Positions 26,754-36,300 of a DNA stretch of 41,408 nt are shown piece after piece (positions within the stretch are counted from its first letter, which is position 1; each line of letters begins with the position of its first letter). This stretch comes from an uncultured Desulfurococcaceae archaeon (GTDB taxonomy: Archaea > Thermoproteota > Thermoprotei_A > Sulfolobales > Desulfurococcaceae). Under the pieces are notes generated by a model. It worked only from the letters and a program-made list of their open reading frames with translations, was not told the DNA's origin and did not search any database. The translations under genes and the position numbers were made by a program. The stretch lies in contig CAZVWZ010000001.1 of the NCBI GenBank assembly GCA_964631195.1, positions 1 through 41,408 of the forward strand, read 5' to 3'.

Positions 26754-27694
26754 AATATTCTTGTTTTCCAAGGAATTCTCTCAATTAATCCATTAGATTC
26801 CAGTCTAGATAATAGATATGCTATATCACGTATTGGTAATCCTAAGGCTCTACGAAGCTCAAGTAGATCCAGAGGCTTTCTCAATAACAAACTATAAAGA
26901 TCGCTTTCATTAAATAATACGACTCTCCTATAACTAATCCTGACATCACTTAATAAAACATTGACTTTAAATCCATGTTCATCTAAATAGTCTTTCACGC
27001 TATATAGGATCTTTTTAGATACAGGCTTTGCATCCTTGGATCTAGGAGGTCTTGATAAAGTTTTTAATACAATATTCTTAATCCCGGCCTTTCTAAGCCA
27101 TGAAGCTAGAAGTTCCAGTGAATCCCTTTTCCAATTACCTTCATTGTCTATATTCACTAATGTAGTTTCAGATACAATATCTATATCTATCTTACTAAGA
27201 TATCTAATAATATCATTTAACCGAATATAGTCTAATGGATCATTTATAAGTGTATAATCCTCACGAGATCCAGCATCAAAGATTACATAGATCTTATTGA
27301 ATAGTTTAAGCAGCCTTGATCCACCATGATATGTTAAAGGTACTAGTGTGGTTTTAATCCAATATTCAAGATCGATACCTAACTCATTATTTATCTTCTT
27401 TAGATCTTCTATTATGTTTTTTAAGAAATAATTTAGAAAGGGATCACCTAAGCCATTGAATAATATAGCTTTTATATCTAAACCTACTTTTTCAATAATA
27501 TATTTATAGTCCTCAATTATTTTCTTTGGAGGAATCAATGAATGTACCTTAGATGTCTTGACTTTAGTATTACCTAATGGACAATATATGCAGTTATATG
27601 GACATTTCTTTGGAGGTCCTACTACGTCTACAATTAGAATATAATCATTAATTCTTCTGCTTGGATAGGGTCCTACTACATTTCTAATTATCAT
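26729..27694 (-). CDS. Radical SAM protein with C-terminal winged-helix-like domain
   Basis: 321 aa. It has a CxxxCxxC cluster motif (CPYNCIYCPLG) near the N-terminus and a C-terminal segment LELRRALGLPIRDIAYLLSRLESNGLIERIP that looks like a wHTH. Its start overlaps the upstream methyltransferase stop by 4 nt. Confidence 0.75.
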   Translation of the reverse strand: MIIRNVVGPYPSRRINDYILIVDVVGPPKKCPYNCIYCPLGNTKVKTSKVHSLIPPKKIIEDYKYIIEKVGLDIKAILFNGLGDPFLNYFLKNIIEDLKKINNELGIDLEYWIKTTLVPLTYHGGSRLLKLFNKIYVIFDAGSREDYTLINDPLDYIRLNDIIRYLSKIDIDIVSETTLVNIDNEGNWKRDSLELLASWLRKAGIKNIVLKTLSRPPRSKDAKPVSKKILYSVKDYLDEHGFKVNVLLSDVRISYRRVVLFNESDLYSLLLRKPLDLLELRRALGLPIRDIAYLLSRLESNGLIERIPWKTRIFYRSVYRR

Positions 27695-28926
27695 TTTCTA
27701 GAAGCCTCGAGTACTGCTATATAGAATCCTTGGCACCCATCTATGTGTGAATATGTTCTAAATGTTTTTCCTGAAACACTATATCCGCTATAGGCTTTCC
27801 TTAAGGGTAATTTTATATCAATAGGTGATGCAAGACCACGATCTACTATGTACTGTATAACTTCCTCACCTTCTAGAGGATGTATACTACATACAGAGTA
27901 GACAATATATCTACTATATTGTAGAACATTTTCTAGTAATTTTTTCTGTAGATTATTATAGTAATCAAGTTTACCTTTTCTCCTAATAGCTATTTTTACA
28001 GCGGGATCTCCTGGCACGGATCCGGAGCCACTACATGGAGCATCTACTAGTGCTCGTTCAAATAATCCATTGAAACTGATCTCTGTGCTATCACAATTTA
28101 ATATATTAACTGTATGAGTAGGAATATTATATTGTCTTAGGATATACTTTAACGTTATAGATCTATTCCATGAAACATCACATGCAGTGCATCGTATATT
28201 ACTATCAAGCATATATAGATGTGAAAGTTTAAGTCCAGGAGCACTACACGCATCTAGGACATTCTTGCCAGGAAGTCTATAAAGAGCTTCTACAACGTAT
28301 GCACTTGCAAGATCTTGGGGTATAGCTTCTCCATTAACTATACATTCTATGGCTGAAGGCTTAAACCATTTAGGCTTACGAACACGTATCATGTAGGGTA
28401 GTACATGATGTATGTCGAAACCTATATTATTTTTCTTTAAACATTTTATAACTCGTTCTATTGTGGTTTTTAAGGTATTTATTCTAAGCCAGTATTTCTT
28501 TTCATTAAGAGCTTTAAGGTATTTCTCTAATTCATTAGGATCCATGTGTTCAAGAAGATCTCTTACAATATATTCTGGATATGAGTATCTTATACTAAGT
28601 CTATGTACTAGACCCAGCCCTTTAGTTTCACGGTTAAGTGTTCTTATTAGTTTACGTACACTATAGCCTATATCGCGGAAAAAAGCTATTGCAGCACCTT
28701 TCTTAACACCGTATCCATGCTGTGCAGCAAGCCATTGAAGCCCATAGTAGTATAATACGACATAGTATCCAAGTTTATAATAAGTGTTATACAGCCATTT
28801 AGGGACACGATACCTTCTAGAGATCTCATGGAAAGCCTTATCATAACTAACATGTGTCCGTAGAATATAGTCTAGGAGACGATTTAAGAAAAATTCCGTA
28901 CGTTCAGGAGGAGGTAACGTCTCCAA
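27691..28926 (-). CDS. NOL1/NOP2/Sun-family RNA (cytosine-C5)-methyltransferase with NusB-like N-terminal region
   Basis: 411 aa. Motif IV is DAPCSGSG, motif VI is YSVCSIHPLEGEEV, and the SAM-binding region is VLDACSAPGLK. Confidence 0.85.
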   Translation of the reverse strand: METLPPPERTEFFLNRLLDYILRTHVSYDKAFHEISRRYRVPKWLYNTYYKLGYYVVLYYYGLQWLAAQHGYGVKKGAAIAFFRDIGYSVRKLIRTLNRETKGLGLVHRLSIRYSYPEYIVRDLLEHMDPNELEKYLKALNEKKYWLRINTLKTTIERVIKCLKKNNIGFDIHHVLPYMIRVRKPKWFKPSAIECIVNGEAIPQDLASAYVVEALYRLPGKNVLDACSAPGLKLSHLYMLDSNIRCTACDVSWNRSITLKYILRQYNIPTHTVNILNCDSTEISFNGLFERALVDAPCSGSGSVPGDPAVKIAIRRKGKLDYYNNLQKKLLENVLQYSRYIVYSVCSIHPLEGEEVIQYIVDRGLASPIDIKLPLRKAYSGYSVSGKTFRTYSHIDGCQGFYIAVLEASRK

Positions 28927-28930
28927 CTAT

Positions 28931-29590
28931 CTATGGCCTCCGTGGAATCCTCTCCCTCAATATAATTAGTAGTTGACTTATAAACAATGGTGGATCAATA
29001 TATTTCACTCCAAGTTCTTGGCAAAGTCTCTTAATACCATCGTCATTAGTTACAAGTGAGCCATTAAGTTCCTTTGCAAGTATAACACTATCGAAATCAA
29101 CAATTGTATCAATAACACCCTTTCGTGTTGCTTCACGATATCTAGCACGGAGTTCATGAATAGCTTCAGCAACTTGTTTCTCAAGAAGACCACGGTCCTT
29201 TTTCTCACCAGCACTATAAGCAAGACTACTAGACTTACGAACCATTTGCTCAGCGACACGCAGGCCACGATAAAACCTCATACTAACCTCTTGAATCCAA
29301 TTACTCATAACATGAGCAGGTATTCTCGTACCATACATATCTGGTGCCTTAATAGATATGATACTCATAAATGCGTTAATGGCCTCTTCACCGACACCAT
29401 TACGCTCAAGAAAACCACGGAGCTCCAATGCGGTACTAGGAGTCATGTAAAATTGAGCAGCAGCAACAATATGGGCACGAGTGAATAATCGCGTAAGCTC
29501 ACGGACAACAGACTCGAGACTAGATACACCAAAAACACCACGTAGCCTAGGATCAGTTACAGCACTAGTATCTAATACATATACAAGCAT
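28931..29590 (-). CDS. HARP-type PIN-like protein (UPF0278; RNA-free RNase P homolog)
   Basis: From Met-20 of the track ORF: MLVYVLDTSAVTDPRLR.., FYMTPS, ELRARYREATRKGVIDTIVDFDSVILAKELNGSLVTNDDGIKRLCQELGVKYIDPP. This is collinear with my recollection of Aquifex Aq_880 (VLDTS / FYMPTS / LREKYREALRQGILDS..D.D.LLLA.EL.G.LV.ADEG....A...G...IDP). I prefer ATG 29590 because the conserved N-terminus begins there, GGAG lies 14 nt upstream, and a TATA-like AATTTATAT abuts 29647. The alternative start is 29647. Confidence 0.75.
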   Translation of the reverse strand: MLVYVLDTSAVTDPRLRGVFGVSSLESVVRELTRLFTRAHIVAAAQFYMTPSTALELRGFLERNGVGEEAINAFMSIISIKAPDMYGTRIPAHVMSNWIQEVSMRFYRGLRVAEQMVRKSSSLAYSAGEKKDRGLLEKQVAEAIHELRARYREATRKGVIDTIVDFDSVILAKELNGSLVTNDDGIKRLCQELGVKYIDPPLFISQLLIILRERIPRRP

Positions 29591-30238
29591 AGTATCGATA
29601 CTCCAGCAATATGTACTCCTAGTATTATTATGATCAAGAACTATCATATAAATTATGTCATTTCTGCCTCTCCCATCTAGTCAGTATTTAACATGGATTA
29701 AATAATTATGCAAATTACTGTATTAATGACTTAATTATATTACTAGGCCTATGGTCTTTCATCTAAGTAATTATATATTTCTTGTTAATACAAAATCTTC
29801 TTTCATAAAGGATCTTTAGAATATTTCTAGTAAACTTATTCATTCCAGCCTTTTATATGATTCAGAATTTCTAATAATTTAGACGCTATTTCTTGAAACA
29901 GAGACAGTGATTAAAGAAGGTCCGGAGGTTAAAGTTAAGGATAATATTATTAATCTTTTTCCAATAAATGTATAAGTATATCATTAGCAAACTTCATTGA
30001 AAATAATTTCAATGGCACAGACGACTCCATAATTGTTGAGTTCTTGGCAAATTGTATAAACCTTAATAAACTAAAGAAATAACATAGCTCCTTAATCTCC
30101 ATCGTTGGCCTCAGCCATAAATATTCTAAATATCTACACATTTGTCAAAAGTAATGGAGATTATTTCATGATGTTAATAGTTATATAACTTACAATAGAA
30201 ATGTTATAATGGAAAGTATAAGCCAGGTCTAGAGAGGC

Positions 30239-30763
30239 TTGAATTATATGTATAAGAAAGGTTTAAGGAATCTTGAGGAACCATACAGGACTATTATAGA
30301 TAGATTGTTACATGAGCTATTGGGAATGTTTAATGGCAAACTTAGATCCCTAGTAATTTATGGTAGTGTAGCACGTGGAGATTATAGAAAGGATAGTGAT
30401 ATAGATATATTATTGATTATTGATGAACTTCCAAAGAGCAGGCTTGAGAGAACAAGATTATTTATAAAAGTAGAGGAGAAAATGGATAGGATACTTGATG
30501 AATTATTAGATAAAGGCTATAAAATATCGTTCTCACCTATAATAAAGACTCCTGAAGAGGCTCAGAGACTAAGTCCATTGTATTTAGACATGGTTGAAGA
30601 TGCAATAATAGTTTATGATAGAAACTGTTTCTTTGAAAAGATATTAGAGAAACTTAAGAAAAAACTAAAGGAGCTAGGTGCAGAACGTATATGGATTGGC
30701 AAGAAATGGTATTGGAGACTAAAAAAGAACTACGAGTTTGGAGAGGCTATAATCATTGAATAG
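30239..30763 (+). CDS. Minimal nucleotidyltransferase (MNT) domain protein, antitoxin-like partner of HEPN
   Basis: 174 aa. VIYGSVARGDYRKDSDIDILLI is the GS-x-x-RG...D-x-D pol-beta-type NTase signature. It overlaps the downstream HEPN gene by 8 nt. Confidence 0.85.
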   Translation: MNYMYKKGLRNLEEPYRTIIDRLLHELLGMFNGKLRSLVIYGSVARGDYRKDSDIDILLIIDELPKSRLERTRLFIKVEEKMDRILDELLDKGYKISFSPIIKTPEEAQRLSPLYLDMVEDAIIVYDRNCFFEKILEKLKKKLKELGAERIWIGKKWYWRLKKNYEFGEAIIIE

Positions 30764-31184
30764 CATTGCTTTGGCAAGATCATATATAAGACAAGCAAAG
30801 GAAAGATTTAAACATGCAAGTGAAGCCCTCGAAACGGGAAATTTTCCATATGTAATCAGACAATGTCAAGAGGCTGTTGAATTATCACTTAAAGCAGCCC
30901 TTAGACTGGTTGGAGTAGAACCTCCCAAATGGCATGATGTAGGTCCTATACTGAGAAGAGAGAAGAATAGATTTCCTAAATGGTTCCAGGTTAGAATCCC
31001 TGAATTAGCATATATTTCTAGGTTATTAAGGAAGGAGAGGGAAGCTTCAATGTATGGTGATGAAGAACTAGGTTTACCCCCGGAAGAACTATATACACGT
31101 TATGATGCAGAACAAGCTCTAAAATTTGCTAACAGTGTTATAATCATTGTGGAGAGACTTTTAGCAGAAGTTGTAGGTGAATAA
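30756..31184 (+). CDS. HEPN domain protein
   Basis: 142 aa, all-helical. QEAVELSLKAALRLVGVEPPKWHDVGPIL and LRKEREASMYGDE are typical of PF05168-type HEPN proteins paired with MNTs. Confidence 0.8.
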   Translation: MNSIALARSYIRQAKERFKHASEALETGNFPYVIRQCQEAVELSLKAALRLVGVEPPKWHDVGPILRREKNRFPKWFQVRIPELAYISRLLRKEREASMYGDEELGLPPEELYTRYDAEQALKFANSVIIIVERLLAEVVGE

Positions 31185-31297
31185 AGGTTTTAATAATATC
31201 AATAATTTATTAGGCTCTATTTTCTTTATATCACGACATTGTTTAATAAAAGAGGAATTATAAATAAATTAAATAATAAACATATGATACTAATTAT

Positions 31298-32518
31298 TTA
31301 GCCTACAGCGAATTTAGTTACGAGATCGAGTATTCTATTAACTTCTATTTTGATACTTCTTGGTATACCGGGTACATCGATGCTCATGAATCCTCTAATC
31401 AGTATGGCTCTTGCTTCTTCTTCGGTAAATCCTCTGCTCATGAGATATTCTAGTTCTTTTTCAGCAATTACGCCAATAGCTGCTTCATGGCTTAGGAGTG
31501 CTCCAGGTTTTTTAGAAGTTATGACCGGTATTGATGATATCTGTGCATTTTCTGATAATAATAGGCCTAGGCACTCTATATGGCCTTTTGTATTACTTGT
31601 ATATGCTTCGATAGCTGATCTAGCATATGTTTTGGATTTGCCTCTTGCTACTACTCTAGATACGATCTCTGCTGACGAATTATTCCCGAAGAGCTGTACT
31701 TTAGAACCAATATCATATATGCCATTACCAGATGCTGCTACTATATTAGCTAGATATGCTTTTCCATCTCTATTAACTCTAACCATAGGATATGTCTGTA
31801 TTGAAGCCACTGGGCTGTAGATAATATAATAACTAACATATTCACCTCCTTCTTCAACATTAACGGAAGTCCTAGGCCTTACATGCAATTTTTCAGACCA
31901 TGCATGTATCATAGAGAAGGTTAGTCTAGCATTTCTTCCTACATAGAACTCTGATATACCAATATGTAGGCCGTCTCTTATACCATGTGGTACTGCACAA
32001 CCAGTTACAAGATGGGCTTCTGCACCCTCATCAACATATACTATATTATGTGCAAACTGTATTTTCTCATCAGATGTTATTGCCAGGCATGTATATATTG
32101 GAATGGGGACTTTAACATTTGGAGGTACATATATGAAGTATCCTATCTCTCCTCCATAGAGATATGTAGCAGCAGTATATTTGTCTAGATCGGGTCTTAT
32201 AAGATTCCATGAAAGCTTTCGGGCAAAATCAATTTCATCTAATGCTTTTCTAAGAGGAATTATTCTGACACCATACTTTCTCAAATACTCCTCCATAATC
32301 CTGTATTTGGCACTTTCATTAACTTGAATATAACTAAGCCTATTTACATTTCTAAAACCTACTCTATTGAGAGTCTCATTAAGCCTTGGATCAATGTCTA
32401 ACTCATTTACTTCACCTATTTCGGGTTTACCGAGCCTATATCTAGAAAGATCAATATCTGGGCCATAGGGTGAAGGCTTAGATAGTGCTTTTTCAATAAC
32501 TTGCCTATCCATATTCAT
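31298..32518 (-). CDS. sufB: Fe-S cluster assembly scaffold protein, SufB/SufD family
   Basis: 406 aa with the C-terminal blocks SHEAAIGVIAEKELEYLMSRGFTEEEARAILIRGF. It lies directly downstream of sufC. SufB and SufD cannot be distinguished by eye. Confidence 0.8.
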   Translation of the reverse strand: MNMDRQVIEKALSKPSPYGPDIDLSRYRLGKPEIGEVNELDIDPRLNETLNRVGFRNVNRLSYIQVNESAKYRIMEEYLRKYGVRIIPLRKALDEIDFARKLSWNLIRPDLDKYTAATYLYGGEIGYFIYVPPNVKVPIPIYTCLAITSDEKIQFAHNIVYVDEGAEAHLVTGCAVPHGIRDGLHIGISEFYVGRNARLTFSMIHAWSEKLHVRPRTSVNVEEGGEYVSYYIIYSPVASIQTYPMVRVNRDGKAYLANIVAASGNGIYDIGSKVQLFGNNSSAEIVSRVVARGKSKTYARSAIEAYTSNTKGHIECLGLLLSENAQISSIPVITSKKPGALLSHEAAIGVIAEKELEYLMSRGFTEEEARAILIRGFMSIDVPGIPRSIKIEVNRILDLVTKFAVG

Positions 32519-32522
32519 AGCT

Positions 32523-33245
32523 TTACCTCCTCCTAAGAACTTCTAATCCCTTACTATAACCAAACTTCATAATGATTGGAAGAACTTCATCTGGGTATCC
32601 ACTATAAACAATTTTTCCATGAATCATTATATGGACTCTATCGATCCTACTAAGCTTATTAGTAATTAAGCCAGTATGAGTTACGAGGATAATAGAGGAG
32701 TTTCTTGAAATTAGATAATCTATAGCATTAGCAATATTCTCTACACTCTCAATATCAACACCGCTATCAGGCTCATCAAGAAGAGCAAGCTTAGGTGATT
32801 GAAGCATTACTAGAAATAATTCTGCTCTCTTCTTTTCTCCACCACTAAATCCTACAAATAGATCTCTATGCAATAAATTATCTACCTTAAGTATACGTGC
32901 CATCATACTATAATCACTACAACTACATCTCTTAATTATAGCCTTAGCTATTTCATTAAATTTAACGCCCTTGATCTCAGGTGGATTTTGATGAGCTAAT
33001 CCTATACCTAATTTAGCTCTTTCATAACTAGGCATACTAGTTATGTCTATACCATCAAATAATATGGTTCCACTACATACTCTTGTATAGGGTAGACCCA
33101 TAATAGCAGCTAATAGAGTTGATTTACCACTTCCATTAGGGCCCATGATAATATGTAGTTCTCCTTTATCTATAGAAATATTTGTATCATGAACGATCTC
33201 CTTATCTTCAACACATACACTAAGATTCCTAGTAATCAATAGCAT
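32523..33245 (-). CDS. sufC: Fe-S cluster assembly ATPase SufC
   Basis: Walker A GPNGSGKST, signature GFSGGEKKR, Walker B LALLDEPDSGVD, H-loop LVTHTG. About 240 aa, adjacent to the SufB/D gene. Confidence 0.88.
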   Translation of the reverse strand: MLLITRNLSVCVEDKEIVHDTNISIDKGELHIIMGPNGSGKSTLLAAIMGLPYTRVCSGTILFDGIDITSMPSYERAKLGIGLAHQNPPEIKGVKFNEIAKAIIKRCSCSDYSMMARILKVDNLLHRDLFVGFSGGEKKRAELFLVMLQSPKLALLDEPDSGVDIESVENIANAIDYLISRNSSIILVTHTGLITNKLSRIDRVHIMIHGKIVYSGYPDEVLPIIMKFGYSKGLEVLRRR

Positions 33246-33347
33246 TACCTAGACACCTCTTTTTCCATCTACTATTTTTACACCTAATAGTCTCTTCTAC
33301 TAGAGTACATATAATTGTATTTTGAATAGGGAGGGATAATCTTAAAG

Positions 33348-36300
33348 TTATTGGTTTGTAACCAGGTAAAGAATATAGTTCATGATAGTACGTGTCTTAA
33401 TATAGTTCTGGATTAGATTCTTTTCCTTATCAAGTAATTTAGTATATCCCTTATCCCTTATTCTAGATATAATCCTATGAATAGTGTCTATGTATACTAT
33501 TTCAGTATCTGGAACAATGAGCTTCATCAATTCTTCAATGTCATTCATAGAAATACTATGGTAACCTTTGCTAGAAAGCAATGGTATTATTTCAATAGAT
33601 CTAGATTTAATGAGTCTAGGTAGTTTTCTTAAACCAATTTTTTCTAAAGTATCAGCTAAATCCTTGGTTGGAACGATCAGTTTATATTCTCCATAATAAA
33701 TCAAGTCCTCAATTTTATTCTCAAAATCTCTTAGTTCATCGGACGGCCTTGTACCCGGTAAATGTGGAATCATATCTACATATGATATTATATTTTCTCC
33801 ATCATAATATGCTAAAGCTATAAGTTTCATCGGTAACGTAAATACGTCTCCTCGATCAATTATTTCAACGAATGAGTCTAAGGATACAATTTTTAAACCA
33901 GGACTAGGCCTAGGTATGGCTTTAAGTCTACCCATGATCTCTAATACTATTTTCTCACGGCTCAAGATATAATCGACAATCATTAATGCATACTCCTTTA
34001 CTGGATCCCAATCAAGATTGTTTGATAAAAAGTATGAGTAGGCAAGATCATCTATTTGGTTAAGCAATATAGTATCTAATTCATCTGGTTCATACTTCTC
34101 AATACTCTTTCTGACATCAAGCCAATCTAGTAAATCGATTATCCCTGCTGATTCCGGTTCGTGTATTTCAAAGAATTTTTTATCTCCAACTGTCTCAACA
34201 CCATAAAGTATCGTCTCAAATGGTATGCCATACAATCTCCTTAGAACAATCATTATATATGCTAATCCTAGTCTTAATAACCCTGGATCTAGTCTTTCAT
34301 CGACCTCATATAGATACCCATATGTATAATCACGATACTCTCCATGAACAGGTGTAGGAACGTATATGAGTTTCCTATCATGGCTAACAATATGCTTACT
34401 TCCTACCCTAAATATCCTTGGCCTTTCACTTGATACAATCCATACAACTCGATTAGGGACTTTAATATACTGGCCAAAGCCTTTCCTTGGAGGATAGACA
34501 ACGCAGTATACGTCAGTGAATATTTTACCTCTCATAAGATCCTTTATGAGACTTGGTTCTTCCATCCACCGGTGTTTAATATCTAAATATTCTTCATAGG
34601 CTTCGGCTAAAGCCTCGTCTTCCCAAAAACGTACACTCCATATTGGTTTTTCATAAACAGCTGTTACTATACGTCCCTTCCGTACAACCCTATGGCTAGT
34701 AACTAGTGCATCACTACTATAGTCTATACAGCCTATTTGGAATTTTTCAACGAGATCGCAGTGCCCTATAGGTTCAAGCGGTCTTAAACCTTCCTCTATT
34801 TCAAGATAACGCTTAATACCATATGGTGGTGCAAATTCATAGAAGCCCATTCTATCCCATATCTTTTTAAGCCTCCTACGATCTATGTTTCCATTCTTAA
34901 ATATACCAGCCTTGCGTAAAGCCTCTCTTTCATGGCCATCTGGATCTAATCTAAGCCATGGAGAAAGTAACTTAACTATCCCAGTAAATAGCTTAATATA
35001 TAGATTATTTGGATTAATAACTGTCTTTTCAAGCGGCAGGCTTAGCCATTTCTTGAGAGCTTCAATACCCTTCGATAACAATTCCCAGTCCCATCGACTA
35101 CTAGGAATTATAATTGATTCAGTGAAAGGTATCTCCTCTCTCCTGCCTTTACGTCCTTCTCGTTGAAGATATTCTCTTACATCTTCAGGTAATCCTATGT
35201 GGACAACACGTATTACTGTACCAATATCTATTCCCTGTGTTAATGTACGAGGACTTACAATGATCTTCACTCTACCTGTTCTAGCGCCTTCCTCGATCTC
35301 TTCCCTTAGGTGCTTTGGCACCAAATGATGATGAGACGCTATGGATTCTTTATAGCTAGAGTATTTCGTCTTAAGTCTCTTAGCAACTTCCTCTGCTTTA
35401 GCTATACTCTTTGTAAATACAATAGTTACTCCATTGTCATCAAGATACTTACCGATAATCTCCGTATAATCCATTGAAATACTTGGTACACTATAACCTA
35501 AAGCTTCTAAATAAGCTAGTACACGGTAAGCGTTCTCCTGGAATAACTTATAGTCATCTAAGGCTCTAATTATATCACGATCTATATCCTTTTTCTTAAC
35601 TAATTCCTCTCTTAATCCTCTTATTATCCTCCATATATTCTCAAGATTCTTACCTAGAACGATAATAGTATGATTTTCAACATGGAAGGGTTTGCCATCT
35701 ATAACAACATAGTCTCTACCTGTAAGTCTCTTTAAATAACTGCCAAGTTCATCCGGATTAGCAAGCGTTGCCGTTAGTAATACTATCTGTTGTTCTTTAT
35801 TTATTAGTGATAATAATTCAAGCATTGCCATAAGCAATGCTAGGCTTCTAGGACCATAGAAATCAAGCTCGTCTATAACAATAAGGTCTAGGTTTGAGAG
35901 GAAAGGCTCTAATAAACTATCATGTTGTCTTAAGAAGTATTTTTTAAGCTCAATGAGAAGATATGCTGGATTAGTAATGATCAGGTTAGATAGATTAATT
36001 TTTTCTCGAATACCTCTTAAACCGATCTTTTTCTTCAATTTATCCCTTGTAGGTGCATCCAATTGTAAAACACTTATTTTTAAAGCATTACAATAAATTG
36101 TAATCCTTCTAATCTGATCATTCGCTAAAGCCAGGGTAGGATATATGGCAAGAGCTCTAAATTTTCCTTCTCTAGCTCTTTTTAGAAAATATAATATCCA
36201 GGCCTCGGTTTTACCCGAACCAGTTCCCGATCGTAAAATTATGTTTTTACCATTGATTAGTTCAATGAATGCTTTATACTGATGTTCAAATAATTCTTTT

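Noticed and set aside
28931-29590. Elevated GC of the HARP gene as evidence for recent horizontal transfer
   Set aside because: Hand counts of three 60-nt lines in the gene gave 24-30 G+C per 60 nt, against 15 per 60 nt for a line in the neighbouring radical SAM gene. However, a line in the housekeeping apgM gene (40021..40080) also gave 30 per 60 nt. The enrichment therefore tracks Ala/Arg/Gly-rich conserved proteins and is not a specific foreign-DNA signature. A proper windowed GC and codon-usage analysis would be needed.
29950-30141. 63-aa minus-strand ORF in the long spacer, as a real gene
   Set aside because: It has no SD or promoter context and no family match. The weak resemblance of its C-terminus to a HepT RNxxxHxY motif lacks the key Arg. 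I keep it only as a possible gene remnant (see findings).
31350-31820. 156-aa plus-strand ORF inside the SufB/D gene, and similar long antisense ORFs (20735..20932, 21194..21460, 21599..21916, 22488..23021, 23853..24080, 24761..24994, 25787..26071, 26300..26491, 27036..27230, 28412..28666, 29050..29488, 31985..32188, 34885..35166, 37238..37426, 37961..38263, 38593..38988, 39437..39721, 40229..40582, 40928..41113)
   Set aside because: All overlap stronger CDSs on the other strand or in another frame that carry family motifs. Their products are S/L/I-rich, which is typical of antisense or off-frame readings in AT-rich genomes.
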